A stretch of 64,000 bases of DNA from an uncultured Ruminococcus sp. (GTDB taxonomy: Bacteria > Bacillota > Clostridia > Oscillospirales > CAG-382), in the NCBI GenBank assembly GCA_964571635.1, contig CAZNCN010000008.1, positions 1,608-65,607 of the forward strand, in the 5' to 3' direction. A model generated the notes under the pieces. The model made no database searches and was not told the origin of the DNA. It saw nothing but the letters and a program-made list of their open reading frames with translations. The position numbers and the translations under genes are program-made. Each line of letters opens with the position of its first letter. The stretch's first letter is position 1. Positions 1 through 11,185 of the stretch are shown piece by piece.

Positions 1-1
1 T

Positions 2-1036
2 GCCTGGGGCATTACCGCACCGACGACGGCTGTTTATTCTGTTTCGACCGACGGCGAAGCATGGTTTGAGCTCGGCACGGTCGATGCAACACGCACACAG
101 GGCTATGGCGAATGGAATGAATACACATATCTTCTTGAATTGCAAAAGACTGCGACAGGCAGATATGTCAAGGTAGTGCTTACAGGCAGCGGAATGAATT
201 ATGTCTGGGGGCGTGAGATATGCGTTTATGCATACCGCGAGTCAAAGGGAGAACTGAAAATGCATGAGTTTAACGGCACAGAAAGCTTTGACAACCTTAC
301 GCTCGATATGCCGGAGGGCACGAGAATGGGCGACAACGACGGGCCTGCATACTGCGTTTACGGCAAGACGGGCTATAATTCGGCATCGTTCTGCTTTGAC
401 CTGTCGCAAACCGATTTTGTCGGTACGGGCAAGAACGGCACGAGAGTCAACGGCTATATGTTTTTGGGCGCAGATGTCTATGATCAGGACGGCAGATGGA
501 TCAACTGCTGCGATGCGGGCTTTGTTTATGAATACAGCACACAGGGGTGGAGGCTGTTCTATGCCACTGCGGCGACAGAGCAGTATGAGGGTCAGTGGTT
601 CTCGGGCACGAGAGTGCTTGACCAGACACACAACTACCGTTTGACGCTCGACACCTCGATCGAGGACGGCATGGCAACGCTCACGGCATACGATCTCGTT
701 GACGAATGCATTGCCGACAGGCTGACGTTCTCTTTCGGCGGCTCTAAAAAAGACGGCTCCAACACTGCTTATCTGATGAACGCTGCCATCGACTGGGTCA
801 ACCGTCCCGAGAGCGATTTTATAGGCGAGACAAACAAAAACCTCGGCTCGGGCATACACCTTAAGGATGTTCGCATTTATGACTGCAAGGTCTATAAGGA
901 CGGTGCGTCAAGCGATTTTGTCACGCATCACCGAGCAGTATGGCCTGACGGCAGTATGCCCGTTTCGGCAAGCGTGGTCAAAATACATCACGCCATAGGC
1001 GACAACGAATTTATTATAGATATTGATTTGGGATAA
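2..1036 (+). CDS. 5'-truncated protein: end of an F5/8 type C (discoidin/CBM32-like) domain followed by ~290 aa of uncharacterised beta-rich sequence
   Basis: The frame of ORF 140..1036 stays open back to nt 2 with no stop. It reads AWGITAPTTAVYSVSTDGEAWFELGTV...GRYVKVVLTG...REICVYAY, which looks like the last strands of a discoidin domain. TAA at 1034-1036. The TTG 'start' at 140 is an ORF-caller artefact. Confidence 0.6.
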   Translation, partial: AWGITAPTTAVYSVSTDGEAWFELGTVDATRTQGYGEWNEYTYLLELQKTATGRYVKVVLTGSGMNYVWGREICVYAYRESKGELKMHEFNGTESFDNLTLDMPEGTRMGDNDGPAYCVYGKTGYNSASFCFDLSQTDFVGTGKNGTRVNGYMFLGADVYDQDGRWINCCDAGFVYEYSTQGWRLFYATAATEQYEGQWFSGTRVLDQTHNYRLTLDTSIEDGMATLTAYDLVDECIADRLTFSFGGSKKDGSNTAYLMNAAIDWVNRPESDFIGETNKNLGSGIHLKDVRIYDCKVYKDGASSDFVTHHRAVWPDGSMPVSASVVKIHHAIGDNEFIIDIDLG

Positions 1037-1044
1037 TTAACTGT

Positions 1045-2538
1045 ATGAAAAAAGCTTTTTTATATCACGAGCGCTATTTTCTCCTGCCCGACGGCATAAG
1101 CGATGTCGATGAGCTTTTGGCGCTTTATGACGGCTCTGAGATAGAGCTTTGGGAATGCACTGAAAGAAAGTGCCTTGCACCGTATTTCGTCAGCGAGTTC
1201 ATGGTCATCAGCAAGGTGCTCTTGGGCGAGGGCGAAATGTATCCGTGCGAGGTCGAGATACTGCCGATGCTTGAATACAACAGGCGTCTGCGTGCAAGAA
1301 TAGAGGGCTATTGCGACGGCTGCCCCAACTATACCGCTTTGACCGAAAGTGAAACATCATTGCAGGGTCATCACGAAGAAATGCTGCTTGACGGCAATTG
1401 CTTTTTGCGGCAAAAGACCGTCGACGATACGGCTGATTTCGGTTTGCTTGTCGACTGGTTCGTGCAGGATTTCACATTGCTTGGGCTTGAGGAGCTTATC
1501 GACCTCGGCAAGACCGACGAGGCGACCGCTGAGTTTGAAAAAGCTTTCGCCGAACATATTTTCGGACCTACACCTGCGGTCATTCTCACAAAGGCACCCG
1601 ATGGCAGATACGGCTGCTATTTTATAGGTCTTTTCGATGACAACGATTCGCTTATCAAAGAATACATAGTCGACGAGCTTGACAACAAGTATGGCAAGAC
1701 ATGGGATTTTCAGCACTTTTTGCCGCAGGGGGTCACGACAGGCGAATCTGTCGCTCCTGCCGGAGTTTCTTTTGAACGTGCCGAGGGCGACAGAGCATCG
1801 CTGAATGTCACGATCTTTGTCGGTGACGAGAATCCGATGCGTGCATATCTCTATCTTTGCGAGCTGATAGGCGAGGACAGACTTCACACTGCCTGCTCAT
1901 CGCTTGCCAGCCAGTCGGGAACTTCAGAGAATATGCAAACAGCAGATGCGCTTGCACTTGAGATAGACACCGTGCTCGAGGATTATGATCCCAAAGAAAT
2001 AATGTTGCCTGCAGTTCGTGCTGCCGCCAATTTTGAAAACGGAGAGGGCGAGCCCCCGTCTGTGATGATCAATTATCGCTCTGACAGCCTTATGTTCGGC
2101 TTTACGGTGCCTGCAAAAGAGAGTGCGCCTGTTTTGAATGTCTGGAATTGCGATGATATTATTTCGATGTTTGCACTCGAGATAGCGACGATACGCTTTA
2201 AATTGCCGTTCGACCCGATGCTGTGTGAAGACCCCGAGCAGTTCGAGTGCTTCCTCGACGAGGTCGACGGAGTGTGTGCATATCTTGGTGATTCTATGTG
2301 CGCAAAATGCTATGGTCAGGCGTATGATTCTGCCGAGTATAATGTCAACCTCATCGTCATATCGATGCCGAGGCTGATGTATAAACTGCATTATCTTGCA
2401 CCTATGCTCAGCAGATACGGTGCAGAGCTTGATGTTTATACCAAGGATGGCAAGCACGGCGGTCGGTTTATGCTCGACTATTCGATGCAGCGGATCGTTT
2501 CCGAGCGTGACCTATGGCGCAGAGAATTTCAGGCATGA
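1045..2538 (+). CDS. hypothetical cytoplasmic protein, acidic and Cys-rich, no recognisable motif
   Basis: 497-aa ORF whose ATG lies 8 nt after the upstream stop. No signal peptide. Cys pairs present (CDGCP, CAKC). A strong terminator follows. Confidence 0.6.
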   Translation: MKKAFLYHERYFLLPDGISDVDELLALYDGSEIELWECTERKCLAPYFVSEFMVISKVLLGEGEMYPCEVEILPMLEYNRRLRARIEGYCDGCPNYTALTESETSLQGHHEEMLLDGNCFLRQKTVDDTADFGLLVDWFVQDFTLLGLEELIDLGKTDEATAEFEKAFAEHIFGPTPAVILTKAPDGRYGCYFIGLFDDNDSLIKEYIVDELDNKYGKTWDFQHFLPQGVTTGESVAPAGVSFERAEGDRASLNVTIFVGDENPMRAYLYLCELIGEDRLHTACSSLASQSGTSENMQTADALALEIDTVLEDYDPKEIMLPAVRAAANFENGEGEPPSVMINYRSDSLMFGFTVPAKESAPVLNVWNCDDIISMFALEIATIRFKLPFDPMLCEDPEQFECFLDEVDGVCAYLGDSMCAKCYGQAYDSAEYNVNLIVISMPRLMYKLHYLAPMLSRYGAELDVYTKDGKHGGRFMLDYSMQRIVSERDLWRREFQA

Positions 2539-2591
2539 CCCGAGCTGCTGTGGTCGGTATTAAATTCGAATAGAGAAATAAACATGGGAAT

Positions 2592-2628
2592 GAGCATTTT
2601 TTGCTGTATGCAAGAGTGCTCTTTTTTT
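2592..2628 (+). terminator. rho-independent terminator of the 2..2538 unit
   Basis: Imperfect stem GAGCATTTTTTGC / GCAAGAGTGCTC with a 5-nt loop, followed by T7 (2622-2628). Confidence 0.6.
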
Positions 2629-2638
2629 AAGTTTGGTA

Positions 2639-2667
2639 TTTATTTTTGCGACATCTTATGATATAAT
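2639..2667 (+). promoter_or_regulatory. candidate sigmaA promoter for uvrB (extended -10)
   Basis: TGaTATAAT at 2659-2667, with a weak -35 TTTATT at 2639-2644 (17-nt spacer). Confidence 0.35.
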
Positions 2668-2711
2668 AGTATGTCAAGGTGTAAATTGCAAAAATGTCGG
2701 GAGGTGTCAGC

Positions 2712-4661
2712 ATGAGCCTTTTTAAACTTCACAGTCCGTTTGAGATGACAGGCGACCAGCCGCAGGCAGTCGCAAAGCTCGTCGACGGCATACAGAGCGG
2801 TATGCGCGATCAGGTGCTTTTGGGTGTTACGGGCTCAGGCAAGACCTTTACGATGGCCAATGTGATTCAGCAGATAGGCAAGCCGACACTTGTGCTTTCA
2901 CACAACAAAACGCTTGCGGCACAGCTCTGCTCTGAATTTAAAGAGATGTTTCCCGAGAATGCGGTCGAGTTTTTTGTTTCGTATTACGACTATTATCAGC
3001 CCGAGGCTTACGTTCCGGGCAAGGATATTTATATCGAAAAGGATTCTGCCGTCAACGATGAGATAGACAAATTGCGGCATTCCGCAACGTCGGCGCTTTT
3101 TGAGCGTAAGGATGTCATTATCGTTGCGTCTGTAAGCTGCATCTATTCGCTCGGCGACCCGCAGGAATATTCAAACCTCACGCTTTCGCTCAGGCAGGGC
3201 GCGATATATCCCCGCAGCGAGATAATCAAGAGGCTCGTCGGACTGCAATACAATCGCAGCGACATAGGCTTTGAGCGTGACAACTTCAGAGTCAGAGGCG
3301 ACAGCATAGATATTTTTCCGTCAAATTCGGGTTCGACGGCGATAAGAGTCGAGCTTTTCGGCGACGAGATAGACAGGATCTCTGCCATCAACACGGTCAC
3401 GGGCGAGGTTGAGGGCAGGATGAGCAGTGCGACGATATATGCCGCGAGCCATTATGTCACATCGCCTGAACGCCGTGAAAAAGCACTCAAAGAGATAACC
3501 GACGAACTTGACGAGCGCATAGCATATTTTGAGAGCGAGGGCAAACTGCTCGAGGCGCAGCGCATCAAAGAGCGCACGCTGTTTGACCTTGAGCAGATAC
3601 GCGAGATAGGATTCTGCTCTGGTGTCGAGAATTATTCGCGTGTTTTGTCAGGCAGACAGCCGGGTTCTGCACCTTTCTGCCTGCTCGACTATTTTCCCGA
3701 TGACTTTTTAATGTTCATTGACGAGAGCCACGTTACCGTTCCGCAGGTCAGGGCCATGTCGAGCGGTGATCATAACCGCAAAAAGAACCTTATAGACTAT
3801 GGCTTCAGACTGCCGTCCGCATATGACAACAGACCTCTCAAGTTTGATGAGTTCGAATCAAAGCGCGGGCAGACCGTTTATGTCAGCGCTACGCCTGCAC
3901 CGTATGAGCTGGGCATAGCAACTCAGGTGGCAGAGCAGATAATCAGACCTACGGGACTGCTCGACCCCGAGATCGAGGTGCGCTCGGCACAGGGACAGAT
4001 CGACGACCTGCTCGGCGAGGTGCGCAGCCGCATTTCTTCGGGCGAGCGTGTGCTCGTCACAACGCTCACCAAAAAAATGGCAGAGGATCTCACGGAATAT
4101 CTCGAAATGAAGGATATCAAAACGAGATATATGCATTACGATATAGACACGATAGAGCGCATGGACATCATTCGTGGGCTGAGAGCCGGTGAATTTGACG
4201 TGCTCGTCGGCATCAATCTGCTCAGAGAGGGTCTTGACCTGCCCGAGGTCAGTCTGGTAGCCATACTCGACGCCGACAAAGAGGGCTTCCTGAGGTCAGA
4301 GACCTCACTTGTGCAGACCATAGGCAGAGCCGCACGAAATGCACACGGCAAGGTCATCATGTATGCTGACCGCATCACAGGCTCGATGCAGCGTGCAATA
4401 ACAGAGACCGAGCGCAGGCGCGAGGTTCAGGCAGAATACAACAGAGTTCACGGCATCGTGCCCAAAACTATTATAAAGGACATCAGAGCGCCGCTCGAGA
4501 TATATGTTGCGGACAACCCCGATGTCACAGACAAAAAGCCCGAGGGCGCAGACAAAAAGCGCCTGATCGAAAAGCTTACTTCAGATATGAAGCGTGCCGC
4601 AAAGGAGCTCGATTTTGAGACTGCGGCGGCGCTTCGTGACAGGATCAAGCGGCTTATGTAG
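2712..4661 (+). CDS. uvrB: excinuclease ABC subunit B
   Basis: [20 protein letters not shown], Walker [10 protein letters not shown]-terminal UVR motif ([17 protein letters not shown]). GGGAGG at 2699-2704 sits 7 nt before ATG 2712, so the ATG at 2694 is an unlikely start. Confidence 0.95.
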   Translation: MSLFKLHSPFEMTGDQPQAVAKLVDGIQSGMRDQVLLGVTGSGKTFTMANVIQQIGKPTLVLSHNKTLAAQLCSEFKEMFPENAVEFFVSYYDYYQPEAYVPGKDIYIEKDSAVNDEIDKLRHSATSALFERKDVIIVASVSCIYSLGDPQEYSNLTLSLRQGAIYPRSEIIKRLVGLQYNRSDIGFERDNFRVRGDSIDIFPSNSGSTAIRVELFGDEIDRISAINTVTGEVEGRMSSATIYAASHYVTSPERREKALKEITDELDERIAYFESEGKLLEAQRIKERTLFDLEQIREIGFCSGVENYSRVLSGRQPGSAPFCLLDYFPDDFLMFIDESHVTVPQVRAMSSGDHNRKKNLIDYGFRLPSAYDNRPLKFDEFESKRGQTVYVSATPAPYELGIATQVAEQIIRPTGLLDPEIEVRSAQGQIDDLLGEVRSRISSGERVLVTTLTKKMAEDLTEYLEMKDIKTRYMHYDIDTIERMDIIRGLRAGEFDVLVGINLLREGLDLPEVSLVAILDADKEGFLRSETSLVQTIGRAARNAHGKVIMYADRITGSMQRAITETERRREVQAEYNRVHGIVPKTIIKDIRAPLEIYVADNPDVTDKKPEGADKKRLIEKLTSDMKRAAKELDFETAAALRDRIKRLM

Positions 4662-4694
4662 GCTTATCTAACGAAAGGACAGCGTTATTTATTT

Positions 4695-7520
4695 ATGGCA
4701 GACCTTGTTATCCGCGGTGCACGCGAGAATAACCTTAAAAATATAGATGTGACTATCCCCAGAGACAAATTTATCGTGTTTACCGGCTTGTCGGGATCGG
4801 GCAAATCGAGCCTCGCCTTTGATACGATATATGCTGAGGGGCATAGGCGGTTTGTCGAATCGCTCTCGTCATATGCAAGACAGTTTTTGGGGCAGATGGA
4901 TAAGCCTGACGTCGACACCATCGAGGGACTTTCGCCCGCGATCTCGATAGACCAGAAGACAACATCAAAAAATCCGCGCTCGACAGTTGGCACGGTGACA
5001 GAAATATATGACTATATGCGCTTGCTTTTTGCACGCATAGGCGTTCCTCATTGTCCTATATGCGGCGAACCTATACAGCAGCAGACTGTCGACGAGATAA
5101 TAAACGAGCTCATGAGCTTTGCCGACGGAACGAGAATGCTGATCATGGCGCCTGTCGTCGTCGGCAAAAAGGGTATGCACGAAAAGGTGCTTGCCGACGC
5201 ACAGAAAAAGGGCTTTGTCAGAGTGGTCGTGGACGGCACGACCTATGAGCTTTCAGAGGGAGTTACGCTCGACAAAAACAAGCAGCACGACATTGACATC
5301 GTTGTCGACAGGCTTGTCATAAGACAGGGGGATCAGAGCGTCATGACGAGGCTTGCCGACAGCGTCGAGATGGCTTCGTCACTTGCCGACGGCATAATCA
5401 AGGTGCTTTTGCCCGATGTTCCCGAGGGGGGAGAGCAGATCATAACCTTCTCGCAGAATTACGCCTGCAAGACGCACGGCATTTCGCTCGGCGAGCTCGA
5501 GCCGAGAATGTTCTCATTCAACTCACCGTTTGGCGCTTGCCCTGAATGCAGCGGACTTGGCAGCAATTATGTGCTTTCGCCGGACAAGCTCATTCCCGAC
5601 AGGTCGCTGTCAATATACGGCGGTGCGATAACCTGCAACGGCTTTAAATCGGCAGCCGCCGATTCGTGGCTGGGTGCCAAGGTCAATGACCTGGGAGCGT
5701 TTTACGGCTTCGACACTCATACACCGATATGCAATTACAGCGATGAAGCATACAAGACGCTCATGTACGGCAACGCAAACCGCAAGCGCCGTGTCGGAGA
5801 GCCTCGGTTTGAGGGCGTTGTCAATATGATCAAGCGCCGCTATGATACAGGTGTCGGCTATGAGAGCCGAGATTATTATGAGGCGTTCATGGACACTGTG
5901 ACATGCCCCGTCTGCAAAGGTCGCAGGCTCAAGGAAGAGTCGCTCGCCGTCACTGTTTTTGACAAAAACATTGATGAGCTGTGCAGGCTCAGCATTACAA
6001 AGCTGTATGAGTTTTTCGATAGCCTGACATTGACAGGCAAGAACGCAGAAATAGCAAAGGACATATTAAAAGAGATACGCTCGCGCCTCGGATTTCTCAT
6101 CAACGTCGGGCTCGGCTATCTCACGCTCGGACGCAGCTCGGGCACGCTTTCGGGCGGCGAAGCGCAGCGCATAAGGCTCGCAACTCAGATAGGCTCGTCA
6201 CTCGTCGGCGTGCTGTATATTCTCGATGAGCCGTCGATAGGACTTCACCAGCGTGACAACAGATTGCTCATCAACGCTCTGATGCGCCTGCGTGACCTCG
6301 GCAACACGCTGATAGTCGTAGAGCACGATGAAGAAACGATGCTCTCGGCGGATTATATTGTCGACATAGGACCGGGAGCAGGTGAAAACGGCGGCAACGT
6401 CGTGTTCTCGGGCACGCCCAAGCAGCTTATGAAATGCAAAGAGTCGATAACGGGCGAATATCTCTCGGGCAGGAAGCACATTTCTGTGCCCAAAATGCGC
6501 CGTGAGGGCAACGGACTTTGCCTCGGCATAAGAGGTGCAAGGCAGAATAACCTCAAAAATATCGATGTCGACATTCCTCTCGGCACGTTCGTGTGCGTCA
6601 CGGGCGTTTCGGGCTCGGGCAAGTCGTCGCTCATCAATTCTGTGCTTTACGGCAATGTCGGCAGACGCCTCGGCAAACTTTCGCTTACGGCAGGCGATTG
6701 CGATGATATACAGGGCATAGAAAATATAGACAAGGTGGTCAATATAGATCAGTCTCCGATAGGCAGAACGCCGAGATCGAACCCTGCAACGTACACCGGC
6801 ATGTTCAGCGATATACGCGCGGTGTTTGCTTCGACCCCTGAAGCGCGTGAGCGCGGATATAAAGAGGGCAGGTTCTCATTCAATATCAAGGGCGGCAGAT
6901 GCGAGGCATGTCAGGGCGGCGGTACTATTTTGATAGAAATGCACTTTTTGCCCGACGTGTATGTCACCTGCGACGTATGCAAGGGCAAGCGCTATAACAG
7001 AGAAACGCTTGAGGTGCATTATAAAGGCAAAACGATATACGATGTTCTCAATATGACGGTCGACGAGGGGCGGCAGTTCTTTTCGACCTACGAGCCTATA
7101 AGGCGCAGGCTCGACCTTTTGCACGATGTCGGACTCGGATATATCCGCATAGGACAGTCGTCAACGACGCTTTCGGGCGGCGAGGCGCAGAGAGTCAAGC
7201 TCGCAACAGAGCTTTCACGCCGTGATACGGGCAGAACGCTTTATATACTCGACGAGCCTACGACAGGTCTGCATACTGCCGATGTCGAGAAATTGCGCGA
7301 GGTGCTGGTTCGCCTTGTCGAGCTCGGCAATACGGTCGTAGTTATCGAGCACAACCTTGATATTATCAAATCGGCAGATTATATTATAGATATGGGTCCC
7401 GAGGGCGGAGACGGCGGCGGCACTGTTGTCGTGTCGGGCACGCCCGAGCAGGTCGCCGAATGCGAGCAGTCTTATACGGGACAGTTTCTCAAAAAAGTTT
7501 TGAAAGGACAAAGATTTTGA
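4695..7520 (+). CDS. uvrA: excinuclease ABC subunit A
   Basis: 941 aa with two ABC modules ([14 protein letters not shown]; [10 protein letters not shown]), LSGGEAQR signatures and zinc-finger Cys clusters. Confidence 0.97.
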   Translation: MADLVIRGARENNLKNIDVTIPRDKFIVFTGLSGSGKSSLAFDTIYAEGHRRFVESLSSYARQFLGQMDKPDVDTIEGLSPAISIDQKTTSKNPRSTVGTVTEIYDYMRLLFARIGVPHCPICGEPIQQQTVDEIINELMSFADGTRMLIMAPVVVGKKGMHEKVLADAQKKGFVRVVVDGTTYELSEGVTLDKNKQHDIDIVVDRLVIRQGDQSVMTRLADSVEMASSLADGIIKVLLPDVPEGGEQIITFSQNYACKTHGISLGELEPRMFSFNSPFGACPECSGLGSNYVLSPDKLIPDRSLSIYGGAITCNGFKSAAADSWLGAKVNDLGAFYGFDTHTPICNYSDEAYKTLMYGNANRKRRVGEPRFEGVVNMIKRRYDTGVGYESRDYYEAFMDTVTCPVCKGRRLKEESLAVTVFDKNIDELCRLSITKLYEFFDSLTLTGKNAEIAKDILKEIRSRLGFLINVGLGYLTLGRSSGTLSGGEAQRIRLATQIGSSLVGVLYILDEPSIGLHQRDNRLLINALMRLRDLGNTLIVVEHDEETMLSADYIVDIGPGAGENGGNVVFSGTPKQLMKCKESITGEYLSGRKHISVPKMRREGNGLCLGIRGARQNNLKNIDVDIPLGTFVCVTGVSGSGKSSLINSVLYGNVGRRLGKLSLTAGDCDDIQGIENIDKVVNIDQSPIGRTPRSNPATYTGMFSDIRAVFASTPEARERGYKEGRFSFNIKGGRCEACQGGGTILIEMHFLPDVYVTCDVCKGKRYNRETLEVHYKGKTIYDVLNMTVDEGRQFFSTYEPIRRRLDLLHDVGLGYIRIGQSSTTLSGGEAQRVKLATELSRRDTGRTLYILDEPTTGLHTADVEKLREVLVRLVELGNTVVVIEHNLDIIKSADYIIDMGPEGGDGGGTVVVSGTPEQVAECEQSYTGQFLKKVLKGQRF

Positions 7521-9349
7521 AGTACGACAGATATTCGCATCTGCTAAAAAGGGTCGAAAAGCCCGGACGCTATATCGGCGGCGAATACGGCGAGTTTATA
7601 AAACCCGAAGGCACTTATGATACGAGGATATGCTTCTGCTTTCCCGATACCTATGAGATAGGTATGTCAAACCTCGGAATGCGCATTCTGACGCATTGCC
7701 TGAACCAAGTTGAAAACGTGTTTTGCGAGCGTTGCTTTGCCCCCTGGGGCGATATGGAGCAGGTCATGCGCGAGACAGGCACGCCGCTTTATGCACTCGA
7801 AACAGGTGATCCGTTAAAGGATTTTGACATAGTCGCATTTACATTGCAGTATGAGCTTTGCTATACCAATGTTTTGAATATGCTTTCGCTGGCAGGCATT
7901 CCGATGCGTGCCGACGAGAGGGGCGAAGATATGCCGATAATCCTCGGCGGTGGGCCGTGCACCTATAACCCCGAGCCTATGGCTGAATTTTTTGACATTT
8001 TCTCGATAGGCGAGGGCGAGGAGGCATTGCCGGAGCTTGCAAGGCTTTATCGTCAGTGCAGGTCAGAGGGCGTAACAAAGTCAGAATTTCTGCGCAGGGC
8101 GTCGCACCTTGAGGGCTTTTATGTTCCGTCGCTTTACGAGGTCACTTATAACGCTGACGGCACTATAAAGAGCTTTGAGCCTAAATACGACGACGTGCCT
8201 CGTACTGTCAAAAAGCGCATAATCACAGACCTCGACGGTGTCAGCTTTCCGACCGAGGCGATAGTGCCTTATCTCGATACGGTGCACGACAGAATAACAC
8301 TCGAGGTATTCAGAGGCTGCATCAGAGGCTGCCGCTTTTGTCAGGCGGGCATGGTATACAGACCATACAGACAAAAATCACCCGAGGTGCTCGACTGCAA
8401 CGCACGCGAATGCTTTGCAAATACAGGTTACAGCGAGATCTCGCTCACGTCGCTTTCGATAAGCGACTATACAGATCTCGGCGAGCTTATCGACAGGCTC
8501 AAGACCTGGACAGATGACAAAAAGATAGGACTTTCGTTGCCGTCAATGCGCATAGATGCGTTTTATGACGAATTGCTCAAAAAGGTTTCGTCGGTTCGCA
8601 AGTCCGGTCTGACCTTTGCACCCGAGGCGGGCACTCAGCGTATGCGTGATGTCATCAACAAGAATATCACCGAGCAGGAGATAATGGATGGCTGTGCCAA
8701 GGCGTTCGATGGTGGCAGAAACTCTTTAAAGCTTTATTTCATGAACGGCTTGCCCGGCGAGACCGATGAGGATATCGAGGGTATAGCAGGGCTCGCACAC
8801 AGGATCCTTGACCTTTATAATTCAAAAAAGCGCACCGGCAGAGCGCCCGAGATAACTGTTTCGGTCAGTTGCTTTGTACCGAAGCCGTTTACGCCGTTCC
8901 AGTGGGAGCCGCAGGACTCGCTCGATGAACTGCAGCGCAAGCAATTGCTGCTTAAAGATTGCATTAAGTCACGCCGTATAAACTATAAATACCACGAGTC
9001 GCGCGTTTCGAGGCTCGAGGGAGTCTTTTCACGCGGCGACCGCAGGCTCGGCAGGGCGATCGCAGAGGCGGCAAGGCGCGGTCAGCGCTTTGATAGCTGG
9101 GATGAGTATTTCAGCTACGAGAATTGGCTGGATATATTCGCCTCGACAGGCATAGATCCCGACTTTTACGCTACGCGCAGGCGGAGCGAGGACGAGATAT
9201 TGCCGTGGGACTTTTTGGATATAGGCGTCACAAAGCGGTTTTTGCTTTGTGAAAAGCATCTTTCCGAGGCAGGCACGACTACACCCGACTGCCGCACGAA
9301 ATGCTCGGGCTGCGGTGCGTTTGAATGCGAGGTGCATTGCAAGAAATGA
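7517..9349 (+). CDS. uncharacterised radical SAM protein, TIGR03960-like (B12-binding-like N-domain plus rSAM core)
   Basis: CIRGCRFC (CxxxCxxC) motif. N-terminus [25 protein letters not shown] is typical of the family. TTG 7517 overlaps the uvrA stop (TTGA), with AAAGGA upstream. The ATG at 7460 would overlap uvrA by 61 nt. Confidence 0.8.
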   Translation: MKYDRYSHLLKRVEKPGRYIGGEYGEFIKPEGTYDTRICFCFPDTYEIGMSNLGMRILTHCLNQVENVFCERCFAPWGDMEQVMRETGTPLYALETGDPLKDFDIVAFTLQYELCYTNVLNMLSLAGIPMRADERGEDMPIILGGGPCTYNPEPMAEFFDIFSIGEGEEALPELARLYRQCRSEGVTKSEFLRRASHLEGFYVPSLYEVTYNADGTIKSFEPKYDDVPRTVKKRIITDLDGVSFPTEAIVPYLDTVHDRITLEVFRGCIRGCRFCQAGMVYRPYRQKSPEVLDCNARECFANTGYSEISLTSLSISDYTDLGELIDRLKTWTDDKKIGLSLPSMRIDAFYDELLKKVSSVRKSGLTFAPEAGTQRMRDVINKNITEQEIMDGCAKAFDGGRNSLKLYFMNGLPGETDEDIEGIAGLAHRILDLYNSKKRTGRAPEITVSVSCFVPKPFTPFQWEPQDSLDELQRKQLLLKDCIKSRRINYKYHESRVSRLEGVFSRGDRRLGRAIAEAARRGQRFDSWDEYFSYENWLDIFASTGIDPDFYATRRRSEDEILPWDFLDIGVTKRFLLCEKHLSEAGTTTPDCRTKCSGCGAFECEVHCKK

Positions 9350-9954
9350 AGATAAGAATAACCTTTAAAAAGACGGGCGTAATGCGCTATATTTCGCATC
9401 TCGATCTTCAGCGTGCGTTCACGCGTGCATTGGTGCGCTCGGGACTTGATATAACCTACAGCGAGGGCTTTAATCCGCATCCCAAGATAGCGTTCGCCAT
9501 ACCGCTTTCGATGTATCAAGAGAGCATCTGCGAGGTCGTCGATTTTGGCGTTAATGCAGAAGTGCCGACAAGCGAGGTCGTTTCGGCACTGAGCAGGGCA
9601 TTGCCGAGAGGCATCGAGATCACGGGCTGCTTTTATCCGACCAACAAGATAAGCGACGTTGTCAGTGCCGACTATGATATAACTTTGCATACAGAGCGCA
9701 GCGCAGACGAAATAGCAAATCTTATGCAGGGCAGGCTCGTCACAATAAAATCAGGCAAAAAGGGCGACGTTGAGGTCGATGTTACAGATAAAATATTCGG
9801 CTTTGAATGCCTCGATATTGACGGCGACGGAGTTTTGCTGAAGGTGCGTGTTTCCGCCGCACCTGATGCGGTGCTCAATCCCGCACTTATCTGCAAGGCG
9901 ATAGGCGAGGAGGACAACGACATTGTCAGAACGGCGATTAATTTTAAAAAATAG
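9346..9954 (+). CDS. radical-SAM-linked protein, TIGR03936/DUF2344-like
   Basis: [34 protein letters not shown]...EGFNPHPKIAF. ATGA overlap with the upstream stop (9346-9349). Confidence 0.8.
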   Translation: MKIRITFKKTGVMRYISHLDLQRAFTRALVRSGLDITYSEGFNPHPKIAFAIPLSMYQESICEVVDFGVNAEVPTSEVVSALSRALPRGIEITGCFYPTNKISDVVSADYDITLHTERSADEIANLMQGRLVTIKSGKKGDVEVDVTDKIFGFECLDIDGDGVLLKVRVSAAPDAVLNPALICKAIGEEDNDIVRTAINFKK

Positions 9955-11149
9955 GCTTTTGCTGTCGCTGCTTGTGCTTGTCTTGTGCCTTTCGGCGTGC
10001 TATAATGGAGATGTGCAGACATCGGGCGATGCTTCGCCCGAGCAGAGCATTGAAAGCAGCGAGCAAGAGTCGAGTTATGAATCAGAGGAGCAATACAACC
10101 GAGCCGAGATCGCAAGATTGCTGCTCAACGACAAGCTCGTGCATATGATATTCGCAGGCGGATACCTCACAGGCGGCGAAACGACGTCCGATTATGTCGA
10201 GGTCACAGGCGAATATGCCGATTTTGCGGCGATAAGCGCCTTGCTCGAGTCGACATATGACAGCACCTGCGGCGTTATAGATTATTATCTCGGATTTCCC
10301 GAATACGGCAAAAATGCCGTCATAGAGGGTGACGGCGGCAAGACCTATTGCTATTATCATTATATCGACGACCGTGACATTGCCTACAGCAACTTTGTCA
10401 TCGGCGACGATAATGTGACTGTCGGAGATATTACATTGCCTCTTGTGCAGACCGACGACGGCGTCAGACTTGGCGGCACGCTTTATTCTGAGCGACAATA
10501 TGTTTCGCCAAAGAGCGAAAAGATGGATGCCGGCTCTGCAAAAAAGCTCGGCGGCAGATATCTGGCGGTGGTGATCCTGATGTCGCAGAACGACTATGTT
10601 TTGTCCGACGGCGAGGAAAGAGCATTTAATAGCAGCGTCGACGGTGCGATAAAGCTTGTTTCGGATATTTCAAAGCAATACGGAGTTCAGACGTCCTTTG
10701 ATGTTGCGGTTATGAGATTTGTGCATTCAGAGAGCGTCGATGGTGATTTTGAGCTCGATATGATGCTTGCGGGCACGTCATTCCGCACTCTTGAGGGGCT
10801 CATTACCTCGCAGTGCGACACCGAAGAATACGACGGCTATTTTGCCGTTTGCTGCTCGATAGATGTCACAGGTGTGGCTTATACGGCATATTATGACGGC
10901 TTGCCCGACACAAATTGGTGTGAGAGGCTTATTGTCGGCACAGATGCAGACGCAAAGGATATTGCTGCCGCTGTATTCGGCATCTGCGGAGCAGAGCAAA
11001 GAGGCGACGACAAAACAATAGCCGAATATTTCGACATCGATATTATGGATGGCGGCGACGGACTGTCCGACCTGAATGCATACAGAGTCGGCTTGACAGA
11101 GCAGATCGACAGTCAGCTTGGTTCATTCATCAGACAGCAAACAGAATAA
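9923..11149 (+). CDS. hypothetical lipoprotein
   Basis: Signal peptide MSERRLILKNRLLLSLLVLVLCLSAC with lipobox L-S-A-C, followed by an acidic Ser/Glu linker. Overlaps the upstream gene by 32 nt. Confidence 0.7.
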   Translation: MSERRLILKNRLLLSLLVLVLCLSACYNGDVQTSGDASPEQSIESSEQESSYESEEQYNRAEIARLLLNDKLVHMIFAGGYLTGGETTSDYVEVTGEYADFAAISALLESTYDSTCGVIDYYLGFPEYGKNAVIEGDGGKTYCYYHYIDDRDIAYSNFVIGDDNVTVGDITLPLVQTDDGVRLGGTLYSERQYVSPKSEKMDAGSAKKLGGRYLAVVILMSQNDYVLSDGEERAFNSSVDGAIKLVSDISKQYGVQTSFDVAVMRFVHSESVDGDFELDMMLAGTSFRTLEGLITSQCDTEEYDGYFAVCCSIDVTGVAYTAYYDGLPDTNWCERLIVGTDADAKDIAAAVFGICGAEQRGDDKTIAEYFDIDIMDGGDGLSDLNAYRVGLTEQIDSQLGSFIRQQTE

Positions 11150-11185
11150 CAATTCAACAATTCAAATAAAGAGAGGTCTATAACT

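Noticed and set aside
2539-2711. LexA/Cheo SOS box (GAAC-N4-GTTC) upstream of uvrB, and also before uvrA and addB.
   Set aside because: No GAAC...GTTC-type palindrome is present in these leaders.
7460-7516. Upstream ATG/GTG extensions offered by the ORF track (7460, 2694, 9325, 12457, 13970, 23290, 28018, 31436, 31889, 34212, 37590, 37736, 52273, 60342, 62460, 63446).
   Set aside because: Each extension overlaps the preceding gene or a promoter, lacks an RBS, and adds residues absent from the conserved family N-termini. Downstream starts with SD sequences were preferred. The exact choice remains unverified for gpr, murB, addA and the 31484 ORF.
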